DNA of 26,148 bases. It comes from Thermoproteus sp. (GTDB lineage Archaea > Thermoproteota > Thermoprotei > Thermoproteales > Thermoproteaceae). Below are positions 17,446 to 25,433 of the stretch, piece by piece. The notes beneath the pieces are model-generated. The model saw only the letters and a program-made list of their open reading frames with translations. It ran no database searches and was not told where the DNA came from. Every line of letters begins with the position of its first letter. Positions within the stretch are counted from its first letter, which is position 1. The position numbers were made by a program, and so were the translations under genes. The DNA lies in the NCBI GenBank assembly GCA_049976425.1, contig JBMFIG010000019.1, forward strand, positions 1-26,148, in the 5' to 3' direction.

Positions 17446-17745
17446 TCAACGCCTGCCGCGGCCGGCCGCTAGGGCGAAGAGGCCGACCAGCAACAAGGCC
17501 GCCCCGATCACCAGTAGCGGGGAGGCCGCGCCTCCCGCCGCCAGCGCGATGCCCGCCAGAGCCACAAAGCCTCCCCAGAGCGAGGCCCGCCTATCGCCGA
17601 GGGCTATATACAAGACGCCGAACGCGATCAGAGGGACGCCCGACGCGAGGTACGCCGAAAGGGGCACGAGCCTGAGAGACGCGGCGACGAGGTACGCGCC
17701 CTCGGCTATCACCGCCGCGGCGAGGGCGTACTCCTGCGCCCTCAT
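17446..17745 (-). CDS. Small integral membrane protein, about 4 TM helices (gene 3)
   Basis: Start ATG 17745 overlaps the SPFH gene stop (ATGA); 99 aa, almost entirely hydrophobic. Confidence 0.75.
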   Translation of the reverse strand: MRAQEYALAAAVIAEGAYLVAASLRLVPLSAYLASGVPLIAFGVLYIALGDRRASLWGGFVALAGIALAAGGAASPLLVIGAALLLVGLFALAAGRGRR

Positions 17746-18806
17746 GGCAGAGGAGTCCCGCAGTTCATGCAGAACTTGGCGTTCGGCGGGTTCCTGAACC
17801 CGCACTTGGGGCATATCTTCTCCTGCGGTAGCTGGGCGCCGCAGTTCATGCAGAACTTAGCCCCGGGAGGATTCACGAAGCCGCACCTCGGGCAGACCAC
17901 GCCTTGCTGTTGCTGGGCCAGTTGAGTCGACACTATAGTGGAGGGGGGCTGGCCACCACCGCCGCCCCCTCCAGCCCCTCCGCCCGCCCCGCCTCCTCCG
18001 GCAGGAGCGCCTCCGGCGGCCCCTCCGCCTCCCGCAATCGGGCCGAACAGCGGCGGGATTATGGCTATGCCCGCCCCCACGGCGGCTCCAGGGCTTTTGC
18101 CCAGCTCCGCCGCCGCTTTTTCGACCGCCTCCATGCGCAGATAGTCGGCCGCGCTGACGCCGGCCGCCCTTATGTAGAACAGCCTGTCGCGCCATATGGG
18201 ATCCGTGACGTCCAGCCCCTCGAACTTCAAGTCTATCAGCTCCAGGCCCAGCCTCTTGAAGTAGGGATCGAGCGCGTTCTTGAGGACGAAGGACGCCTGC
18301 TCCAGCGATTGGTATATGGTGAAGATGGACTGTTTGGAGAGCTCGGCCATAAGCGACTCGTTGAAGTAGCCTCTGAGGAACTGCTGGAGGTCCTCCGTCG
18401 TGTACACGCCCTGTCCCCCCACCACTTGGGTCACGAAGAGGGCGGGGTCGGCGACGCGGAACCAAGCGGAGCCGTAGAACTGGATCGGCGCCAGCTCTAC
18501 GGTCTGCCCCCTGCCGCCGAACGGGAGCTTGTACTGCTTGAGCGAGACGTAAATGACCGTGGCGACGAACGGCGACTTGTCGAAGCCCGCTATTCTGCTC
18601 AACGCCGCCGTGAGCAGGGGCAGATTCATGGTGGTCAACGTGTGGCGGCCGGCGCGGAACACGTCGTACACCTTCCCGTCTCTGAAGAAGACGGCCGCCT
18701 GCCACTCCTCCACGACCAGCTGGGCGCCCCACTCGATCCTGTCGACGGGGTAGCGCCAGATTATCTCGTCCTCCTTGGGGTTAACCCACTGTATGACCTG
18801 CGGCAT
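17742..18806 (-). CDS. SPFH/Band-7 domain protein (YdjI-like) with Gly-rich linker and C-terminal double zinc ribbon (gene 2)
   Basis: IIWRYP...GAQLVVEEWQAAVFFRDGKVYDVF..GRHTLTTMNLPLL...SPF is the YdjI-type SPFH N-terminus; the C-terminus has two CPxCG..NPP.AKFCMNCG units. Confidence 0.88.
   Translation of the reverse strand: MPQVIQWVNPKEDEIIWRYPVDRIEWGAQLVVEEWQAAVFFRDGKVYDVFRAGRHTLTTMNLPLLTAALSRIAGFDKSPFVATVIYVSLKQYKLPFGGRGQTVELAPIQFYGSAWFRVADPALFVTQVVGGQGVYTTEDLQQFLRGYFNESLMAELSKQSIFTIYQSLEQASFVLKNALDPYFKRLGLELIDLKFEGLDVTDPIWRDRLFYIRAAGVSAADYLRMEAVEKAAAELGKSPGAAVGAGIAIIPPLFGPIAGGGGAAGGAPAGGGGAGGGAGGGGGGGQPPSTIVSTQLAQQQQGVVCPRCGFVNPPGAKFCMNCGAQLPQEKICPKCGFRNPPNAKFCMNCGTPLP
17758..17858. repeat. 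20-bp exact direct repeat CCGCAGTTCATGCAGAACTT, 81 bp apart, encoding the duplicated KFCMNCG zinc-ribbon unit
   Basis: Copies at 17758-17777 and 17839-17858. Confidence 0.85.
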
Positions 18807-18808
18807 GG

Positions 18809-19417
18809 CTACCTACCGCCGAAGAGCCTTTTCAAGAAGCCGCGGCCGCCCTCCCTCCCCTGCTCCGCCGCCTGGATCGCGCCGATCTGCCGGCCGGCTT
18901 CCTCGGCTTGTTGTCTCGTGTAGCCGGCGATGAAGTTGCTCCTCTCGTCTATCGCCGAGTCCAGCTGGGAGAGGGCAGAGGAGAGGGCCTGCAACTTCTG
19001 GATCCAGACGTCGGAGCCCGGCTGAGCCGCCGAGATCTCGTCGACGAGCTTCGCCACCTCGCCGGCCTTCTCCACCAGCGCCAGGTCCATCCTGTAGATC
19101 TCGTCGAGCGCCGCCTCGTCCACCTTGACCAAGTCGTAGAAGCCCGAATAGCCCTCAGGGGCTTTGTCTATCCTCTGTATGACCCTGTCGAAGAGGGCCT
19201 TCGCCGAGTCCCACAGATATCTGGCGTCGGGGTTGGCCGCAACGGCTCTGGCGGCGGTGGGCGTGAGGACCATCTTGGCCTTCGCCGACGACAACACCGA
19301 CGAGACGTGGCGCCTCACCAAGGCGTCCGACTCCCTCCTCAACTCCTTCTGTTTATAGCCGGCGTAGCCCGGTATATAGGAGGCTATCTTCTCTATGATG
19401 TTGGTGCTCAAACTCAT
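18809..19417 (-). CDS. Uncharacterised alpha-helical protein with a C-terminal amphipathic membrane-targeting helix (gene 1)
   Basis: IPGYAGYKQKELRRESD and APEGYSGFYDLVKVDE motifs; coiled-coil-like composition; ends GFLKRLFGGR; 2-bp gap to the SPFH gene. Confidence 0.75.
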   Translation of the reverse strand: MSLSTNIIEKIASYIPGYAGYKQKELRRESDALVRRHVSSVLSSAKAKMVLTPTAARAVAANPDARYLWDSAKALFDRVIQRIDKAPEGYSGFYDLVKVDEAALDEIYRMDLALVEKAGEVAKLVDEISAAQPGSDVWIQKLQALSSALSQLDSAIDERSNFIAGYTRQQAEEAGRQIGAIQAAEQGREGGRGFLKRLFGGR

Positions 19418-19443
19418 GGGGGTATAGACCCCCTTAAATAAGT
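19418..19443 (-). promoter_or_regulatory. Promoter of the SPFH operon: TATA-like TTATTTAA plus inverted repeat GGGGGT-ATAG-ACCCCC (19418-19433)
   Basis: Read directly; the palindrome fills the space between the TATA box and the ATG. Confidence 0.5.
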
Positions 19444-19501
19444 TTCTTGACCCGACAGCCCCGCGCCGCGTTCTCGGCCGCGTCGGCTTGTGCCGACCCG
19501 C

Positions 19502-20404
19502 CTAGGCTCGGCCCAACGCGCCCTCGGCTATAGAGGCCACCTTGGCCTCGGCCTTGAGCCCCTCCTCGGCGTAGGCCTTCAGGACGGCGTCCTTGACGGC
19601 GTCTGCGTTCTTGTCGTCCACCAGCGCTATGACCGAGGGCCCCGCCCCCGACAGCGCGACGGCGAGCGCGCCGGCCTCCAAGGCGTACTTCCTCGCCCTG
19701 CCGTAGCCCGGCACCAGAGGCGCCCGCGCCGCCTCGACAACCTCGTCCTGCATGCCCCTGGCCACCAGCCCCGGATCCGATCTGGCGAGGCCCGCCACAA
19801 GGGCCGCCACTCTGGAGATCTGCCGCACGTAGGTCGGGAACTCCACGCTCTTGGGCAGTACCTCACGCATGGCCTTAGTCTTGTTGGGCATCGGCGGGAT
19901 TTCGGGGACCCCCACCACGAAGGTCAGCCGCGGGCTGAACCTCACGAGATCGAGAGGCGAGAGGGAGGTTATCACCACGGCCCCTCCCAACGCGGCCCCC
20001 GCGACGTTGTCGAAATGGGGGCTCCCGGCCGCCGCCGACTCGCCGTGGCCCGCCGCCTCGACCACGACCCTTGGGTCCACCTCAAGCCCGGCCTCCCTCA
20101 CGAAGGCCGAGAGCGCCGCCACGGCCGAGGCCCCGCTACTGCCGAGCCCTCTGGCTATGGGTATGTTGTTGACCACCTCGACCTCGACGCCTCTGCAGAT
20201 GCCCAGAGACGCGAAGAGCCTGTCGAAGGCCCTCACGACGGTGTTGTCGGGCCCCGGGTCGAAGCCCTTGAACTTCACGTACACGCCGCAACCCGAGCCC
20301 ACAGATACGTAGGCCTCGGCGAAGTAGGCGTCGTGGGCCACCGCCACTACGTCGAAGCCGGACCCCAAATTGGCGCTAGTGGAGGGGGCCCTCCCTATAT
20401 ACAT
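19502..20404 (-). CDS. thrB: Homoserine kinase
   Basis: True start ATG 20404. [17 protein letters not shown] motif [19 protein letters not shown] and LSGAGPS. Confidence 0.95.
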   Translation of the reverse strand: MYIGRAPSTSANLGSGFDVVAVAHDAYFAEAYVSVGSGCGVYVKFKGFDPGPDNTVVRAFDRLFASLGICRGVEVEVVNNIPIARGLGSSGASAVAALSAFVREAGLEVDPRVVVEAAGHGESAAAGSPHFDNVAGAALGGAVVITSLSPLDLVRFSPRLTFVVGVPEIPPMPNKTKAMREVLPKSVEFPTYVRQISRVAALVAGLARSDPGLVARGMQDEVVEAARAPLVPGYGRARKYALEAGALAVALSGAGPSVIALVDDKNADAVKDAVLKAYAEEGLKAEAKVASIAEGALGRA

Positions 20405-20463
20405 CGGAGGGGTGAAATAGAGAATATATATAGTTGGCGCTCGCGTCTGGCCGGCCGCGGCCC

Positions 20464-21513
20464 CTACTGCCTCAACACCACGACGCCGCGGGGGTCCTTG
20501 ATCCTCAGCGCCAGCGTCTCCCATATGCGGAAGACGTGGTCGCCGTCGCTGGGGCCTAGATAGGCCGTGGCAGTATCGGCCCCGACAGCCACGTCGAGGA
20601 CCGAGCCGTCGGCGGAGAGCACTATTGCCAATTCGTCTCCCAGTTGCGGCGACGGCAACACCTCCTTCACCAGGCCCCTAACCCTCTCGAGCTCGGTGAA
20701 GCCGGCCCTCTCGGAGACTGAGAGGAGGCGCGAGTAGCGGGCGGGGCCCACGAGGAGGATATACGGCTCGGGGACGTACGCCTTGAGGAGGGCCGAGACG
20801 GCGGCCGAGACGTCGCGGACGGCCTCGCCGGGGGCGCCCCAGGACGACAACGGCATGCGCTGGATACGCCCGTCTGAGAGGATAGACTCGACGATCGCCG
20901 ACTCCTCCAGCTCCACGAGCCTGCGGGCGGCGGCATCTACGGCGGCGGAATACGGAGGCTCGCCTCTAGATCTGGCCAGATCTATCTGCCTCTGCGACAC
21001 GGAGAACTTAACCGATATCTCCCTAAGCGGCACGAAGGTCCTCCTAGCGGATATGACGTCGCCGGGCGACGCCTCCTCCAGCGGAGCCACGTCTGCGCCG
21101 GGCCCTAGGACGTAGGTCTGGAGCGCCTTCCTAAGACGTCTGGAGGCGGCCGCCCTCTGTCTAGCCAGCTCCTCGACTGCCCTTATCTCAGAGTCCGACA
21201 AAGCGCCTGTAGGGGGCGGCGGATCGGCGGCCCGAATGCCGGCGATCTCCTCGGCGCCTGCCCTCAACTGCTCCACCTGCTCCACGTCAACGGACTTAAG
21301 CGCCTCGAGGAACTCGCCGAGGTGCGTCTTCTCCTCCTTGGCGACGTCCTCGAAGACCGCCTTGATCTTTCCGTCGTCTATTAGGCGGGCCAGCTGGAGG
21401 TAGAGGTTTATGGCGTCTATCTCCGCCGCGATGGCCAGCCTCAAGGCGTCGGCCACCTCCTCCTTGCCCAGCTTGCGCTCCCTCGCGATCTCGACGGGGT
21501 TCTTCGAGAACAT
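20464..21513 (-). CDS. Family 1 encapsulin shell protein with an N-terminally fused ferritin-like domain
   Basis: Start ATG 21513 (349 aa). N-terminal [15 protein letters not shown]...EEKTHLGEF diiron motifs; C-terminal linocin-M18-like region ([34 protein letters not shown]). Confidence 0.88.
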   Translation of the reverse strand: MFSKNPVEIARERKLGKEEVADALRLAIAAEIDAINLYLQLARLIDDGKIKAVFEDVAKEEKTHLGEFLEALKSVDVEQVEQLRAGAEEIAGIRAADPPPPTGALSDSEIRAVEELARQRAAASRRLRKALQTYVLGPGADVAPLEEASPGDVISARRTFVPLREISVKFSVSQRQIDLARSRGEPPYSAAVDAAARRLVELEESAIVESILSDGRIQRMPLSSWGAPGEAVRDVSAAVSALLKAYVPEPYILLVGPARYSRLLSVSERAGFTELERVRGLVKEVLPSPQLGDELAIVLSADGSVLDVAVGADTATAYLGPSDGDHVFRIWETLALRIKDPRGVVVLRQ

Positions 21514-21593
21514 GGATCTCCGCAGACCTGTTAATAAATGCGGACGGCCGCCGATGGGCTTCCGCGGCCGTAAGCTTAATAACGTAGACATCT

Positions 21594-21842
21594 ATGGTAG
21601 ACGTGAGTTGGGTTACTGTGTCTACCAAGGTGAGGCGGTCGGTCTTAGAGAAGGCGAGGAGGTACGGGATAAACGTGTCGGAGCTTCTCAGAAAGGCGCT
21701 GGAGGAGGAGGTCAGGAGGAGGGAGTTGGAGGAGCTGGCCTCGCTCGCAGAGAGGGTGGCCGAAGGCCTTAGGAAGGCCAGCGCGGTCTACGGGGAGGAC
21801 TATGTCGCGAGGAGCGTCAGGGAGGACCGCGCGGCGAGGTAG
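21594..21842 (+). CDS. vapB: VapB-type antitoxin (CcdA-like/RHH)
   Basis: WVTVSTKV...ARRYGINVSELLRKALEEEV...SVREDR; 82 aa, upstream of a PIN gene. Confidence 0.85.
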   Translation: MVDVSWVTVSTKVRRSVLEKARRYGINVSELLRKALEEEVRRRELEELASLAERVAEGLRKASAVYGEDYVARSVREDRAAR

Positions 21843-22230
21843 GTACGTCTTCGACTCCTCGGCGATCGTGAAGCTGGTCGAGCTGAGCCCCAAGAAGTCG
21901 GTCGAGCTATTGGACGGCCAATACACGGCCGACCTCGCCTACTATGAGATAGGGAACTACATCTGGAAGCTCCACAAGAGGTCTGCGATCCCCGACGCGG
22001 CGCCCTACGTCGAGTTCTTCTCGCGGATGCTGTCTCTGATGTCCGTGGAGAGGGTCGGCTTGAGGAAGGAGGTCGCCGACCTGGCGGCGGAGCGCGGCCT
22101 GACCTACTACGACGCGGCCTATCTGTGGCTCGCCCAGACCCTAGACGTCCCGTTGGTCACCGAGGACGAAGATCTGTGTAAGGCCGCGGCCAAGTGCGTG
22201 AAGGCCGCCGAGTTGCTGGAAGGCGCCTAG
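21802..22230 (+). CDS. vapC: VapC PIN-domain ribonuclease toxin
   Basis: YVFDSSAIV, YYEIGN, LTYYDAAY and LVTEDEDL give the PIN acidic tetrad. Exact start uncertain. Confidence 0.92.
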   Translation: MSRGASGRTARRGRYVFDSSAIVKLVELSPKKSVELLDGQYTADLAYYEIGNYIWKLHKRSAIPDAAPYVEFFSRMLSLMSVERVGLRKEVADLAAERGLTYYDAAYLWLAQTLDVPLVTEDEDLCKAAAKCVKAAELLEGA

Positions 22231-22347
22231 CCGTGCATTCGGCGATCGGCTGACGGCATCTGCGAAATCCCAATGCGGCGACTCTATACGACGTCCGGCG
22301 CCGTTGTGGGCGGCTCACGAATATAAGCTACTCATTCTCTCGGCCGC

Positions 22348-22926
22348 GTGGTTGTCGTGCTGAACAGGGAATTGGACGAGCTAGATCGCCTCGTTCTCGA
22401 CTTCGTCAAGTGTCTCGGCTTGCGCTACGTCGTGGTCTCGGGGTACGTGGCAATACTCTTCGGAAGATCCCGGTCCACCGACGATGTAGACGTAGTCGTG
22501 GAGGCCGCCGCGGCCTCCGAGATCGCCGAGAGGGTGGGGAGGTGTGGCTTCAAGCCCCTTAGCCTGACGGAGCATATGGAGGAGGAGTTCAGGCATGCCT
22601 CTGTGAGGTTCTACAAGCCGCCCCGCCTAATGCCCAACTTCGAGGTCAAGCCGCCCCGTAGCCGGTACCAGCGCTACGCCTTAGCCAACAGACTGGAGGT
22701 GAGGCTCGGCGGGGAGGCCATATACGTGTCGCCAATAGAGCTCCAGATAGCCTACAAGCTCTGGCTAGGCTCTGAGAAGGACGTGGAGGACGCGGTGTTC
22801 CTATACAGCTACGCCAAGGCCAAAGGTATTTTAAACGAGGAGTCCCTGGAGATGTGGGCGAGGGAGATGGGGATCTCGTTGAGGAGCTTGAGAGGGAGAG
22901 GAGGCGCAACTTGGAGCACAACCTGA
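22348..22926 (+). CDS. Putative nucleotidyltransferase (DUF6036/AbiEii-like, Pol-beta superfamily)
   Basis: [21 protein letters not shown] (G.A...G..R.T.DxD), then [12 protein letters not shown] (K...KD..D). Confidence 0.75.
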   Translation: MVVVLNRELDELDRLVLDFVKCLGLRYVVVSGYVAILFGRSRSTDDVDVVVEAAAASEIAERVGRCGFKPLSLTEHMEEEFRHASVRFYKPPRLMPNFEVKPPRSRYQRYALANRLEVRLGGEAIYVSPIELQIAYKLWLGSEKDVEDAVFLYSYAKAKGILNEESLEMWAREMGISLRSLRGRGGATWSTT

Positions 22927-23141
22927 AGGTCGTCATGTACTTCGCCGAGCTGGCCGCCAGAGACGACCCCGACTACTGGCGCTCATACGTCGAGTTCATC
23001 AACGGGTTCTACAGATACGTCTGGAGGCGCCTCGAGGACCCTGCGTTCCGCGACGCCTACCTCCGCGTGCTCGAGATGAGGCGCCGCAAGCCCCGGCGGG
23101 AGCCCCCCGAGCCGCCGGCCGAGGTCGGCGCCGGCCGCTAG
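22854..23141 (+). CDS. Small charged helical protein overlapping the nucleotidyltransferase gene; possible antitoxin
   Basis: [21 protein letters not shown]...WRSYVEFIN; 73-bp overlap with the NTase gene; host-like codon usage. Confidence 0.6.
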   Translation: MGEGDGDLVEELERERRRNLEHNLKVVMYFAELAARDDPDYWRSYVEFINGFYRYVWRRLEDPAFRDAYLRVLEMRRRKPRREPPEPPAEVGAGR

Positions 23142-23176
23142 GCGTTGCCGATATAAAGAGGAGGCGCGCGTTCGGC

Positions 23177-23527
23177 GTGATCAAGGTCAAGAGGGTCTAC
23201 GATCCCCCCGAGCCTGGGGACGGGCTCAGGGTCTTGGTCGACAGGCTGTGGCCTAGAGGCGTGAGGAGGGAGGCGGTCGATATATGGATGAGGGAGGTCG
23301 CGCCGAGCGACGAGCTTAGGAGGTGGTTCTCCCACGACCCGGCGAGGTGGGAGGAGTTCAAGGCAAGATACTGGCGCGAGCTCGACGGGAACCCAAAGGT
23401 CGAGGAGCTGTTGAGGTTGGCCGAGCGGGGCGACTTGACGCTCCTATACGCGGCGAGGAGCCCCTACAACAACGCCGTGGCCCTCAAGGAGTACCTCGAG
23501 CGGCGGCTGGCCGAACGGCGCGGTTGA
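23177..23527 (+). CDS. DUF488 (YeaO-like) family protein
   Basis: IKVKRVYD...[13 protein letters not shown]...[18 protein letters not shown]...NNAVAL; TATAAA at 23152-23157. Confidence 0.93.
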   Translation: MIKVKRVYDPPEPGDGLRVLVDRLWPRGVRREAVDIWMREVAPSDELRRWFSHDPARWEEFKARYWRELDGNPKVEELLRLAERGDLTLLYAARSPYNNAVALKEYLERRLAERRG

Positions 23528-23530
23528 GGC

Positions 23531-24754
23531 TCAAGGCCTCGCGGCCTCCAGAAGCCCGGCGACGCCTCTCGACATGAGGAACTCCTTAGCCCTCTCCCTC
23601 GCGTTCCTGCCCAAGGACTCCCTCAAGGAGTCGTCCCTAGCCAGCGCCTCCACGGCCCTCGTCGCGCCCTCCACGTCGTCGGGGCCGCTGACGTGCACCC
23701 CGTCGACGCCGTCCCTGATGAGCCACCTCTGGCCGTAGGAGGCGCTGGTCACCACCGGCACCCCGCCGTACATGAACTCCAGCTGGGCTATGCCCAGCCC
23801 CTCAGACCTCGAAAGGATCACGTTGGCGAGGGAGGCCCTCACAAGGGAGGCCCTCTCCTCCTCCGAGAGGAGCCCCGCCAGATACACGTTGGGGAGCCCC
23901 CTGGCCTCCCGCCTCAGCCTCTCCATCTCCTCCCCCGCGCCGGCTATCACGAAGGCTATGCCCCGCCCCGCAAGCCTCTTGGCTATCTGCAGAACCGCCA
24001 GGGGGTTCTTCCTGGGCTCCAGCGGGCCTAGGTAGGACACGACTAGGCCCTCCCTGATCTTCAGCCTATCCCTTATGAGATCCGGCGAGGCCCTATCTAT
24101 GGCGTCCGCCACGTCGTCGTCGAGGAGCCCCTTGAAGTGGACTATCTTCTCCCTGTCGGCGCCCATAGAGGCCAAGTCGTCGCACTCGGGAGGGCTGACG
24201 CAGAGGACCCGCCCGGCGGCTTGGAGGATCTGGGGAAGCGCCGTGGCGTTCCAAGCCATCCGCAGAGTCCTCTCCACGGGGCTGAGGCCCGGCTCCGGCG
24301 GCCTGTAGTGGGGCATGTAGAGGAACGACGTGGGCCTGACCTCCTCGCCTATAGAGGCCAGATCCCTCTTCCACCTCGCCCACCTAGCCGCCTCCTCTGG
24401 GCCGTTCCAGAATGTGGAGTGGACGAGAAGGACGTCGATGCCCAGCTCCTCGTCCATCCGGCGCAGGGCCGAGAAGAAGTCCCTCGCCGCGATCCTCCTG
24501 GCAGGTATGGCTGACCGCGAGCTGAGGACCCTCAGAGAGGGGACCCCGGCCTTGGGATCCCTCTCGAATGCGACGTAGCCCGAGAGGCTCCTCGCCAGAT
24601 CCCTCTCCGGCACCACGGGCTCCCAGTCGTGGAAGGCGCCGGCGACGAGCCAGGCCTTGTGGCCCAGCCGCGCCGCCCATTTGGCCAGACGAGCCGCCGT
24701 GAGCTCCGGCCCCCTATAGCTTGAGGTCTGCGGCGCCACGACGAAGACGTTCAT
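23531..24754 (-). CDS. GT-B fold glycosyltransferase family 4
   Basis: True start ATG 24754 (MNVFVVAPQ, 407 aa) with ATGA overlap. YLGPLEPRKN, IAGAG and SRSEGLGIAQLEFMYGGVPVV (E-X7-E), I.DG.DG. Confidence 0.9.
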   Translation of the reverse strand: MNVFVVAPQTSSYRGPELTAARLAKWAARLGHKAWLVAGAFHDWEPVVPERDLARSLSGYVAFERDPKAGVPSLRVLSSRSAIPARRIAARDFFSALRRMDEELGIDVLLVHSTFWNGPEEAARWARWKRDLASIGEEVRPTSFLYMPHYRPPEPGLSPVERTLRMAWNATALPQILQAAGRVLCVSPPECDDLASMGADREKIVHFKGLLDDDVADAIDRASPDLIRDRLKIREGLVVSYLGPLEPRKNPLAVLQIAKRLAGRGIAFVIAGAGEEMERLRREARGLPNVYLAGLLSEEERASLVRASLANVILSRSEGLGIAQLEFMYGGVPVVTSASYGQRWLIRDGVDGVHVSGPDDVEGATRAVEALARDDSLRESLGRNARERAKEFLMSRGVAGLLEAARP

Positions 24755-25347
24755 CTGCGCACCGCCTGGAGGACGGCCACGGCCACCATGGCGGCCACGA
24801 GGCCCCAGGTGATGGGTATGAGCATCTGGCTCAAGGTCGAGACGTCTATCCCGCCTTGCTGTAGGGCGAAGGTTATCACCACGAGGTAGAGCACGACCCG
24901 CACGTACTCGGCGACGGGCGCCAGGAGCCTGGAGTCCTCCTTGAGTATGGCGCCGCGGTAGACGTACTCCACGAAGCCGTCGACCAGGATAAAGCCCACG
25001 ATGGCTATTATGAAGAACTTCACGAAGCCGTAGACGTAGACGTTGACTATGCCGATAAGGGCGTCGCCCCAGGCGGGGTAGCCCAGGGAGTAGGCTAGAT
25101 AGGCCGCCGCCAGGAGGACGAAGGTTAGGTAGATCAGCCACGCAGCGACGGAGCCGAAGAACTCGCCGGCGGCGTAGCCCGACCTCAGAATAGCCCGGCC
25201 GATGTTGAAGCGCTTGAACCAGTCGTCGAAGCCGACTCTGGCCAGGCCTCTGGCCAACGCCCAGCGCACGAGCCTCCCGACGAGGTACCCCACGGCGGCG
25301 ATGAGGACGGCGATAAGGGCGTGGAGGGCGATGTACAGCGGCGACAT
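24751..25347 (-). CDS. Membrane protein of the TM-helix-repeat / MscS transmembrane type (putative mechanosensitive channel)
   Basis: Start ATG 25347, 198 aa, about 5 TM helices. VGYLVGRLV...L..VGFD and ..Y.V....ALQQ.GIDVS patterns typical of the MscS N-terminal region; no cytoplasmic cage domain. Confidence 0.65.
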   Translation of the reverse strand: MSPLYIALHALIAVLIAAVGYLVGRLVRWALARGLARVGFDDWFKRFNIGRAILRSGYAAGEFFGSVAAWLIYLTFVLLAAAYLAYSLGYPAWGDALIGIVNVYVYGFVKFFIIAIVGFILVDGFVEYVYRGAILKEDSRLLAPVAEYVRVVLYLVVITFALQQGGIDVSTLSQMLIPITWGLVAAMVAVAVLQAVRR

Positions 25348-25368
25348 GGGAAGGACGGCGCACGTCGA

Positions 25369-25414
25369 TATAAAGGTTTGGGCAAACGCCGCGGCGCACC
25401 GCAACACGTATAAA
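25369..25414. promoter_or_regulatory. Divergent TATA boxes for the membrane protein/GT operon (minus, 25369-25374) and the ATPase (plus, 25409-25414)
   Basis: TTTATA (minus) and TATAAA (plus), each about 25 bp from its start codon. Confidence 0.6.
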
Positions 25415-25433
25415 TCGGTGCATACGGTGCACC

